The translations under genes and the position numbers were made by a program. The notes beneath the pieces were generated by a model that was not told the DNA's origin, made no database searches, and was given only the letters and a program-made list of their open reading frames with translations. 32,000 nt of DNA. Source: Candidatus Harpocratesius repetitus (lineage in GTDB: Archaea; Asgardarchaeota; Lokiarchaeia; Sigyniarchaeales; Promethearchaeaceae). The stretch is from positions 1,200,001 through 1,232,000 of the forward strand of contig JAIZWK010000001.1 of the NCBI GenBank assembly GCA_021498095.1, written 5' to 3'. Below are positions 1 to 7,555 of this stretch, one piece after another; positions within the stretch are counted from its first letter, which is position 1; every line of letters starts with the position of its first letter.

Positions 1-2
1 AG

Positions 3-167
3 GGCCAATTTGGAAAGATGACTTCGTTACAAGGGACTGAAATAGAACCGGTAGATATTGTAGAAGGATCTAAGAAACGTTTGATTCCTCTTGATTCAGA
101 TTTGTTGAAAATTAAAGAAGCTATGATTTCGGTGAAACACAAAAGCAAAGAAAAATTGTTCAAGTAA
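3..167 (+). CDS. pfkA: C-terminal fragment of a 6-phosphofructokinase (PfkA family, ATP- or PPi-dependent); 5' end lies outside the window
   Basis: Frame 3 is open from the window edge to TAA at 165-167: GQFGKMTSLQGTEIEPVDIVEGSKKRLIPLDSDLLKIKEAMISVKHKSKEKLFK. 'GxFGKMxxLxGxxIxxVx(L/I)xE' is the typical C-terminal segment of PfkA-family enzymes. Not in the ORF track. Confidence 0.7.
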   Translation, partial: GQFGKMTSLQGTEIEPVDIVEGSKKRLIPLDSDLLKIKEAMISVKHKSKEKLFK

Positions 168-180
168 GATGTCGTATCTG

Positions 181-510
181 TTTAGTATTCTTTTTTTTTC
201 TAAATTTTATATATTAGAGGTTATAGCAGAATTCAAAGAATTGAAGGAAATCCGAAAATCTTCTCTAAATTTTCCACAATCCCCAAATCTATCCTAATTT
301 TAAATTTGTCGAAAGATAGTTAAAGAAAAAAAATAAGATTAAGTCAATAATTCAAAGAAAAATGATAAAAATATGAAATTATTAATCGAATTTAAGATTG
401 TAAAAATACCGACTCAAATAATAATTGGATGCATGGAAGTATTGTCATGAAAATTGGCTCAAAAGATAGATTTTGATTAAATTAAAAAAAATTACTAAAG
501 CCTCATTAAT
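181..510. repeat. Copy A of a ~330-bp diverged dispersed non-coding repeat (copy B at 19049-19380)
   Basis: Colinear blocks shared with copy B: TTTAGTATT..AAATTTTATATA..GAGGTTATAG(C/T)AGAATTC..AATTGAAGGA(A/T)ATCC(G/A)AAAATCTT, AAAGAAAAATGAT..TGAAATT, AAAAAT(A/G)CCGACT, ATTGGATG..TGGAAGTATT. Confidence 0.85.
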
Positions 511-582
511 AAAAGGAAAAATTAGGAGAAATTAGAGAAAATTAGAAAAAATTTGATTCTTTTTTAGCTATTTTCAAGAGAT

Positions 583-1623
583 TCAATCGTTTACATTTGT
601 ATTTAAGAGTTTCTTGAATTTAGGTTGTACTAGAAGTATTATGATCGCTACACCAAAAGTTCCTCCAAAAATGCCCAAGTAATATCCAGGAATTGAAGAG
701 GTTGCATCACTTGGTATTTCAGGATGTTCTAAAGCCCAAAGATTATATTCTATCATATCAATATATGCTGATATCGTTGTATCATTGGTCGTTTTCATAC
801 CTAAGAGTGGGATTCCCCATACAATACTGGAATTCATATCTCGAGCCAGTTGAAGTACAAGAGAATTGTCCAGGTTTGTTTGACTAACGATGGTTGTACA
901 GTTTTCTGCTTTCATAATATCTTTAATAGCTTGAATATGCTGAGGACTTGGCTCTACATCATGTTGTTCTTCTATTATTGCTATTCTTTGTATTCCCAGA
1001 AGATCATAAAGGTACATAAACGATGGATGGTGGACAACCACCTTTAAACCTGCATACTTATCCTTTTCTGAATTAATTTCTGTAAGAAGATTATCTAATT
1101 TCTTTATATAGTTGCTGTATTGTTGTGTCAAAAGTGTTTCGTCTTCAGAATTTAATAATTCCTTAAATGCAAGATATATATTATGAGCCATTTCTTTTGC
1201 GATTTTTGGAGACATCCAACCATGGGGATTTTCCATATTTAAAAGTGGGTCTTTTTCTACCATGCTTTCATTCATAACAGAAACAATACATAAATTTGGG
1301 TTATCTGTTAGCACCGTCTCTTTATAATTATTCCACCAAGGTTCTAAATCAGAGCGTCCCATCAGAAGAAGAACATCGGCTTCCATTAATGCATTTATTT
1401 CGGATTGTACTGGTTCATATGTGTGTGGATCCTCCGTTCCTTCAACAAGAACTGCTGTAATATCGATGAAATTTCCTCCAACTTGCTGAGCAAAGTCTTG
1501 TAATAATTCTGTTGATGCAACTACTTTGATTTGGGATGAAGACTGTGCATTTACTGATGATGGGGTCATAGATAGAATAATCAATGAAAATAGGATAAAA
1601 TATACCCTTTTTTTCTTAATCAT
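583..1623 (-). CDS. znuA: Metal ABC transporter substrate-binding protein, ZnuA/TroA family, probably Zn-selective, with N-terminal signal and C-terminal TM anchor
   Basis: Motifs DPHTYEP, NPHGW and VVHHPSFMYL give His/His/His ligands, with no PsaA-type fourth Asp; EPSPQHI motif. The C-terminus reads IPGY + hydrophobic helix + KFKK. Confidence 0.92.
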   Translation of the reverse strand: MIKKKRVYFILFSLIILSMTPSSVNAQSSSQIKVVASTELLQDFAQQVGGNFIDITAVLVEGTEDPHTYEPVQSEINALMEADVLLLMGRSDLEPWWNNYKETVLTDNPNLCIVSVMNESMVEKDPLLNMENPHGWMSPKIAKEMAHNIYLAFKELLNSEDETLLTQQYSNYIKKLDNLLTEINSEKDKYAGLKVVVHHPSFMYLYDLLGIQRIAIIEEQHDVEPSPQHIQAIKDIMKAENCTTIVSQTNLDNSLVLQLARDMNSSIVWGIPLLGMKTTNDTTISAYIDMIEYNLWALEHPEIPSDATSSIPGYYLGIFGGTFGVAIIILLVQPKFKKLLNTNVND

Positions 1624-1682
1624 AATGGTTTTCCTCCTGAAAAATACAGCTTATATTCAATAAGATTTAATGATATTTTAAA

Positions 1683-1702
1683 TTTTACGATGTATCGTAA
1701 AA
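1683..1702. promoter_or_regulatory. Palindromic operator candidate in the divergent znuA/znuBC promoter
   Basis: TTTTACGAT-GT-ATCGTAAAA has perfect 9-bp inverted arms and overlaps a BRE/TATA-like element. Confidence 0.6.
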
Positions 1703-1728
1703 ATTTATAAGAATCGAAAATTTATAAA
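1696..1728 (+). promoter_or_regulatory. Tandem archaeal BRE+TATA elements upstream of znuB
   Basis: CGTAAAAA-TTTATAAG (1696-1711) and CGAAAA-TTTATAAA (1715-1728), followed by AAGGAGA and ATG at 1767. Confidence 0.6.
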
Positions 1729-1766
1729 TAATAAGTATACATAAGTACCTAAGGAGATAGTTAAAG

Positions 1767-2768
1767 ATGAGTGGGGTTCTTGAATTTTTTCAAAATTTGC
1801 AATATGCCTATCTACAAAGAGCTTTGTTTTCTACCATCATTGTGGGAATTGTATGTGGATTGATCGGAGTATTTATTATACTAAAAGGAATGAGCTTTTT
1901 AGGGGCTGGAATTGCACACAGTTGTTTTGCCGGAGGTGCTTTAGCTATTTTATTAGGAATAGATCCATTTTTCACCATTTTTCTTTTTGGTGAAGCGACT
2001 GCAATGCTAATTGGATACATAAATGAGCGAGATTCTTCATCCCAAAATGATACTGCAGTTGGAATTATGTTCAGTTTATCTATGGCTTTAGCTATTTTAT
2101 TTGTAGGTTTGAATAAAGAATACAATACTAATATTCAAGCTCTTCTTTTTGGAAATGCTTTGCTAATTACTGTAGAAAATTTCATTCGATTAGTCATTAT
2201 TTCGGTGTTTGTCGTAATCTTATTCTTTCTCGTCAAAAAGGAGTTGTTATTTATAATTTTCGATGAGTCTATGGCAAAAATTTCTGGAATTCCTGTAAAA
2301 ATTTTAAATTATCTATTTGTGGGAATGATTGCTGCAATCATCACAATATCTTTGCGAGCAATTGGTGCTATTCTTGTATTTGCCATGATAGTAACTCCAG
2401 CAGCTGCAGCTTATCAATGGACATATAAAGTCAATTTTATGTTGTTTCTAAGTGCACTTTTTGGTTCTATTTCATCTTTCTTTGGAATGATGTTTAGTTT
2501 TCTTTTCGACTTACCAACAGGTTCCACAATTGTTTTAATTGTTACTTCTATTTTTGGAGTATCTTTTATTTTTTCTCCAAAACGTCGTATTCCAACCTTT
2601 ATTACTGCTAAAGATCAATTAGAACACAAAAAAGAATGTCGATATTGTCGAGATTTGAATAACATCGAAGATTGTCCTTATTGTCAAGATGGTGATTTTG
2701 ATTCTATCAAGTATGAAACTGCTAAAGTGGTTTCTAGTTTAAATCCTTTGCAAGGAGGGAAAAAATAA
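1767..2768 (+). CDS. znuB: Metal ABC transporter permease (ZnuB/MntB, ABC-3 family) with a C-terminal CxxC-x8-CxxC tail
   Basis: LQRALFSTIIVGIVCGLIGVFIILKGMSFLGAGIAHS, LFGNAL, IGAILVFAMIVTPAAAA and DLPTGSTIVL motifs; AAGGAG RBS. Confidence 0.93.
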   Translation: MSGVLEFFQNLQYAYLQRALFSTIIVGIVCGLIGVFIILKGMSFLGAGIAHSCFAGGALAILLGIDPFFTIFLFGEATAMLIGYINERDSSSQNDTAVGIMFSLSMALAILFVGLNKEYNTNIQALLFGNALLITVENFIRLVIISVFVVILFFLVKKELLFIIFDESMAKISGIPVKILNYLFVGMIAAIITISLRAIGAILVFAMIVTPAAAAYQWTYKVNFMLFLSALFGSISSFFGMMFSFLFDLPTGSTIVLIVTSIFGVSFIFSPKRRIPTFITAKDQLEHKKECRYCRDLNNIEDCPYCQDGDFDSIKYETAKVVSSLNPLQGGKK

Positions 2769-2770
2769 TA

Positions 2771-3631
2771 ATGAATACTTCTGAAAGTGTAAAAAACGAA
2801 CAAGTAAATCGTTTTGATAATCACAGTCTTAGTAATACTCATGATTCAGTAAAAAAAAAAATAGAGTCACCAATTACACTTAATTCACATCTTTCACAAA
2901 GTTCAAAGAATTCTCATGCGATTGAATTTTCTAATGTTAATATTGGCTATCCTGGACATTTAGTTCTTCAAAATTTAAATTTTATTATCAAAGAAGGAGA
3001 ATATGTTGGTATTATTGGACCCAATGGTTCTGGGAAAACTACTTTATTAAAAACACTTCTTCATCTGATAAAACCTATAGCAGGAACAATTCAGATTTAT
3101 GGAAAACCAATTGATAATAGAATTCGTAATTCAATTGGCTATGTTCCACAATCAAGTCCAATTCCAAGAGAATTTCCCCTCTCTGTAAAAGAAGCAGTTT
3201 TAATGGGCAGGTATGGGCAAATAGGCTTATTTCACAGACCAAAAAAAATCGATCATGAAATGGTTCATAATGCTTTGATTCAAGTGCATCTACATGAATT
3301 TGCCAATAGACCAATTGGGCATTTATCTGGAGGAGAACAACAGAAAATATTAATTGCTCGAGCTCTTGCTCGAAATCCTAAAATATTGTTACTTGATGAA
3401 CCAACAAGTGCCCTTGATTTTGAAATGACAAGATCAGTTTTTAGTTTAGTTGATGAATTACATAAGAAATATGGTTTAACCATTCTAATGGTTCATCATA
3501 ATGTTAACTTGATCCGAAAACACTGTGATCGCTTATTTGTATTAGACCAAATGATCCGTTTTGATGGACATCCAACAGATCCACGTGTAGAACAAGCAAT
3601 ATCTATTGCTTATAATCTTTTTGAGCCATAA
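2771..3631 (+). CDS. znuC: Metal ABC transporter ATP-binding protein (ZnuC/MntA)
   Basis: Walker A GPNGSGKTT, GYVPQ, signature LSGGEQQ, Walker B LLLDEPT and H-loop VHH; GGAGG RBS inside the znuB 3' end; ~45-aa Ser/His-rich N-terminal extension. Confidence 0.95.
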   Translation: MNTSESVKNEQVNRFDNHSLSNTHDSVKKKIESPITLNSHLSQSSKNSHAIEFSNVNIGYPGHLVLQNLNFIIKEGEYVGIIGPNGSGKTTLLKTLLHLIKPIAGTIQIYGKPIDNRIRNSIGYVPQSSPIPREFPLSVKEAVLMGRYGQIGLFHRPKKIDHEMVHNALIQVHLHEFANRPIGHLSGGEQQKILIARALARNPKILLLDEPTSALDFEMTRSVFSLVDELHKKYGLTILMVHHNVNLIRKHCDRLFVLDQMIRFDGHPTDPRVEQAISIAYNLFEP

Positions 3632-3647
3632 TAAGGATTGAGTTAAA

Positions 3648-4070
3648 ATGTTGGATGGAACACTTTTAAAAGAAAAGGAAAATCAAGTCTTAGATTTTCT
3701 TTTTTATTGGGGAAGACCAATCAGAAGCGGTGATATAGCTAAAGAATTAAATATCCCGCATTCTACATTAAACTCTGTTCTAAAACGATTATCTAAAGAA
3801 TCTTTAATTATTTGGGAAAAATATAGGTTAGTTAATCTAACATCAGAAGGAATGGATGCTGCAAGTCATCTTTCTAATCATCATTTTGTAATAGAATTCT
3901 TTTTAAAGGATACGTTAAATTTACCCGATGAAGAAGCCCATCTTCAAGCAATTCATCTTGCAGGAAGGGTAAAATGCTCTTTAATTGATGCAATTTGTGA
4001 TAAATACAATTTTCCGAAAACTTCAATAAATTTTAATCTCTGTAAAAGGCGAGACTATCCACAACATTAA
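3648..4070 (+). CDS. DtxR/MntR-family metal-dependent transcriptional regulator with a degenerate primary metal site
   Basis: wHTH (GDIAKELNIPHSTLNSVLKRL), KYRLVNLTSEG and the dimerisation domain HHFVIEFFL..AH; the usual CxxEH segment reads IHLAG. Confidence 0.85.
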   Translation: MLDGTLLKEKENQVLDFLFYWGRPIRSGDIAKELNIPHSTLNSVLKRLSKESLIIWEKYRLVNLTSEGMDAASHLSNHHFVIEFFLKDTLNLPDEEAHLQAIHLAGRVKCSLIDAICDKYNFPKTSINFNLCKRRDYPQH

Positions 4071-4153
4071 AACAATTTTTAGGGGTATCTATTTATATTC
4101 TTATTATTAAATAGTTACTAACACGCAATTTTATTTCTAAGGAGTGTACAATT

Positions 4154-5524
4154 ATGTCGAAGAATGAAGCAAATTCAAATGTAAGTGAAGAAGGTTCTGC
4201 GGGAAGTTCAAATACGGCTAAAGAGTCATTTACTCCTCCAGAAAACAAAGAAACATTACAAAAGATGGATAAAGATCGCCTTACACCTTCAGAACGCGAA
4301 GAACTAATTCAATCAATTATAGTAAAAACAATTTTATGGATGACCATCATTGGAATTTTCATTACTGCAATAGGATTGGTCTGGGCAATTGGAGATCTCT
4401 TTTCTACGGATAAATTCAACCAATTTTTGCAATTATCTCTTCAAACAAAATTGTTTATTATAGGATTAGTATTATTAGGGATCTTATTTTTAGTATTATT
4501 TTTGGTGGTTTTCTATAAACGTGGAAGCCGAAATCTTCAGAAATCATTATTTAAACCAGTTAAACCATCTACATCCGCTAAGGATGAAGCTTATGAAATT
4601 GCAAAATATATTGCAGCTGGAACATTAATTGCTGTGTTCTTGATATTTACAGGATTGATCATTGCTTTGATTGAATTTCTTTTCGGAAAGTTTACACCAA
4701 ACAGTATCCCAGATTTTCTGACAGAACTAACTGGTGGTTCAATAACCTTGATTATAGGGTTAATTATATTACTCTTTGATGGATTAGTTTATTCAATGGT
4801 TTTTATTTGGCAAAATGGGCATAATTGGGTAATTGAGAGTATCTTAGCCTATAATGAGCGTGTAGAATCAACCTATGAGTTTACATCAAAACAACAACTA
4901 ACAGGAAAAATAATTTTTGGTCTTATTGTGTTTGAGTTAATAGGTGTTGTATTTGGAGTTGTATGGGCAATCATTGAATCAATTACTGGTGATTGGGGAA
5001 GTCAATTTCGGGAATATCCCGTAGGTGTTCAAATTTCATTTTATGGTATTTTTGCAGCATTATTCTTTGGAACAATGGTTTTCTCAATGTTCTTTTACAA
5101 ACGTGGAAACAATTTAATTATGATTTCTCTTTTTGTTCAATATCACCCAAAAGATATCGAAAAGGAAAATACATCAGCAAAAGTTATAACAATTGGAATA
5201 CTGCTCGCAATAAGTTTGATTACAATTGGTTTAATTATTTGGTTAGTATCACTTATAGTTAATGTAACATCTGGCGGTGGAGAAGGGAATATATTTACTA
5301 TATTAGCTGGTTTAAGTAGTGGTTTGACTTTATTAGCTTATAGTGGCTTAATTGGTGTCTTTACTATTTTGGGATTGCTCTTTTCTTATTTCCTACACAA
5401 TGGTTATTTCTTTACCCTTGAAAAAATCTTGTTATTAGAAGAAAAAATCGATTCTGGCTTAGATGAAGGAATTTCAAAATCGAAAGAGAAGAAGAAAAAG
5501 AAGGAAAAAAAAGAAGAAAAATAA
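4154..5524 (+). CDS. Uncharacterised integral membrane protein built from two 4-TM internal repeats
   Basis: About 8 hydrophobic helices; repeated GxVWAI, FYKRG...SLF, AKxIxxGxLxA..LI..GLII and NG...ExIL motifs; AAGGAG RBS; Lys/Glu-rich tail. Confidence 0.85.
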   Translation: MSKNEANSNVSEEGSAGSSNTAKESFTPPENKETLQKMDKDRLTPSEREELIQSIIVKTILWMTIIGIFITAIGLVWAIGDLFSTDKFNQFLQLSLQTKLFIIGLVLLGILFLVLFLVVFYKRGSRNLQKSLFKPVKPSTSAKDEAYEIAKYIAAGTLIAVFLIFTGLIIALIEFLFGKFTPNSIPDFLTELTGGSITLIIGLIILLFDGLVYSMVFIWQNGHNWVIESILAYNERVESTYEFTSKQQLTGKIIFGLIVFELIGVVFGVVWAIIESITGDWGSQFREYPVGVQISFYGIFAALFFGTMVFSMFFYKRGNNLIMISLFVQYHPKDIEKENTSAKVITIGILLAISLITIGLIIWLVSLIVNVTSGGGEGNIFTILAGLSSGLTLLAYSGLIGVFTILGLLFSYFLHNGYFFTLEKILLLEEKIDSGLDEGISKSKEKKKKKEKKEEK

Positions 5525-5817
5525 AGGAAAGGAAAAATAATCTTCGCTTATCTTAGTAATTCACTAATTTTTTTTCATTTTTTGAATTAGGATTATTTAT
5601 AAATTCACTAATGAGATATCAGAAAATGCTTGCTTTTAATATCCCTTATCTTTGACACTATATCCGAAATCCTCCAGTGCATTTTCAGAATTCCCATTTT
5701 TTCTAAATTTTTCTATATCTCATATTTTGTGGAATTTTAACCAAAATAATTAAATGGATTGTATCGCTTTCTTCCTTACCACCTCTCTTCGTGGCACTCT
5801 TAGGAAGGGATACAAAC

Positions 5818-6951
5818 ATGCCTGAACCACGAAAAACCCCATTATATGATATGCACGTTAAACTTGGGGGTAGAATTGTAAATTTTGAAGATTGGCTGAT
5901 GCCGGTCCAGTTCGAAGGAGTTATTGTTGAGCATAATTGGACACGTCAACATGCCGGTATCTTCGATATTTCGCACATGACAGAATTTATGGTTGAAGGT
6001 CCAGACACAATTCCACTTTTAAAAACTCTCTTGACAAATAGTATAGGAATAGGAGATTTTAAAGCACAATATAATCATATGTGTTACCCCAATGGGGGAG
6101 TTGTAGATGATCTCTATATTTATCGAGAAAGTGAAGAAAAAGTGAGGATTATTGCCAATGCACAACCATTCGAAACAGAAGGAAAAGATTTTAATTGGAT
6201 AAGGGATCACATTGGAAATCTTAATGTTACTATTACAGACCTCTCGTTAGAACGGGCTCGATTTGCATTTCAAGGACCTGAAACAATGAAATTATTAAAT
6301 CCGATTACAACAGATGACATTACTACAATTAAACGGTTTAATTGGATTTATACTGAAGTAAAAACCACTAAAGGAAATATTCCTATATTTCTTTCTCGTA
6401 CAGGATATACAGGAGAAGATGATTTTTCACCAGAATTAGGTTCTTTTGAAATTAGCTGTGATAAAAAATATGCTGAAATTATTTTCCAAACCTTTTTGGA
6501 TACTGGTGCAAAACCAATTGGCTTGGGTGCACGAGATTCATTACGACTAGAGTGCTGTTTTGCACTTTATGGCCATGAAATTAATGAGAATATTACCCCA
6601 ATTGAAGCAAACCTTTCTTGGGTTGTTAAAGAAAAAGAAGGGTTTCAATTTATTGGACAAGATGTAATTTTAAAACAGAAAAAAGAAGGAACTTCCAGAA
6701 TTAGTGTAGGTTTAAATCTTGTCAATAAAGGAATTCTTCGACATGGATATAAAGTATTTAAAGATGGAAAAGAAATTGGTTATATTACATCTGGAACCTT
6801 TGCTCCAACTGTAGGAAAATCCGTCGGACTTGCATTAATTGAGAGTAAATTTAAAGAAATTGGACAAGAACTAGATGTTCAAATACGAAACAAGTTTAAA
6901 AAAGCAGTTGTTGTAAAAACACCATTTTATTCCAGAGGAAGAAAAATTTAA
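5818..6951 (+). CDS. gcvT: Glycine cleavage system T protein (aminomethyltransferase); ATG at 5818 is preferred over GTG at 5791
   Basis: RKTPLY, AGIFDISHM, SRTGYTGED, GLGARDSLRLE, TPIEANLSW and GYITSGTFAP motifs; GGAAGGG lies just upstream of ATG 5818. Confidence 0.96.
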   Translation: MPEPRKTPLYDMHVKLGGRIVNFEDWLMPVQFEGVIVEHNWTRQHAGIFDISHMTEFMVEGPDTIPLLKTLLTNSIGIGDFKAQYNHMCYPNGGVVDDLYIYRESEEKVRIIANAQPFETEGKDFNWIRDHIGNLNVTITDLSLERARFAFQGPETMKLLNPITTDDITTIKRFNWIYTEVKTTKGNIPIFLSRTGYTGEDDFSPELGSFEISCDKKYAEIIFQTFLDTGAKPIGLGARDSLRLECCFALYGHEINENITPIEANLSWVVKEKEGFQFIGQDVILKQKKEGTSRISVGLNLVNKGILRHGYKVFKDGKEIGYITSGTFAPTVGKSVGLALIESKFKEIGQELDVQIRNKFKKAVVVKTPFYSRGRKI

Positions 6952-7069
6952 TATCTTTTAAAAACAACTTGCGATCAACAATCATTAAAAAGTAATCATG
7001 TATTACCCCAATTATCATCCTTGATCTTTGGGAGACTTTTTTTTTCATAAAATCAAATGGTGAAACGTT

Positions 7070-7447
7070 ATGGAATTTCCAACAGATTTAAAATATGCCG
7101 AAACTCACGAGTGGGTTAAAGTGGAAGGTGATATTGCCATTGTTGGTATTACCGACCATGCTCAAGATCAACTCGGAGAAATCGTTTTTGCTGAATTACC
7201 AGAAGTAGGCGATACCTTTGAGAAAGGCGAAGAAATGTGTAGTGTAGAAAGTTCTAAAGCTGTAGGTGAAGCACTTGCTCCTGTTTCAGGTGAAATCGTT
7301 GAGATCAACGAAGCCTTAGAAGATGAACCTGAAAAAATTAATGCTGATCCTTATGGTGAAGGATTTTTAGTAAAGATCAAGATGTCCGATCCGAGCGAGT
7401 TGGATTCTCTTTTGGATGCAGAGGGGTATAAAGCCACTCTTGGATAA
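7070..7447 (+). CDS. gcvH: Glycine cleavage system H protein (lipoyl carrier)
   Basis: THEWV, VGITDHAQDQLGEIVF, lipoyl-Lys motif VESSKAV and INADPYGEG. Confidence 0.97.
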   Translation: MEFPTDLKYAETHEWVKVEGDIAIVGITDHAQDQLGEIVFAELPEVGDTFEKGEEMCSVESSKAVGEALAPVSGEIVEINEALEDEPEKINADPYGEGFLVKIKMSDPSELDSLLDAEGYKATLG

Positions 7448-7555
7448 ATAGACTTCGTGATTTTTTTGGTATTCTATATTGTTATCTTTTTTTTATTTCT
7501 TTCATTTTCGTTTTTTCCTATTCCAATTATTTATAATAATTAAAGAGGCAAAACT

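Noticed and set aside
513-553. Short tandem AAAATTAG(G/A)AG-like units
   Set aside because: Three degenerate purine-rich units; on the minus strand this is the T-rich 3' flank of znuA. It is low-complexity sequence, not a CRISPR or iteron array.
5525-5790. Glycine riboswitch upstream of gcvT; AATTCACTAAT direct repeat at 5558 and 5602
   Set aside because: The conserved GGAGA/CCGAAG/CTCAGG core is not visible, and the 11-bp repeat is too AT-rich to be significant.
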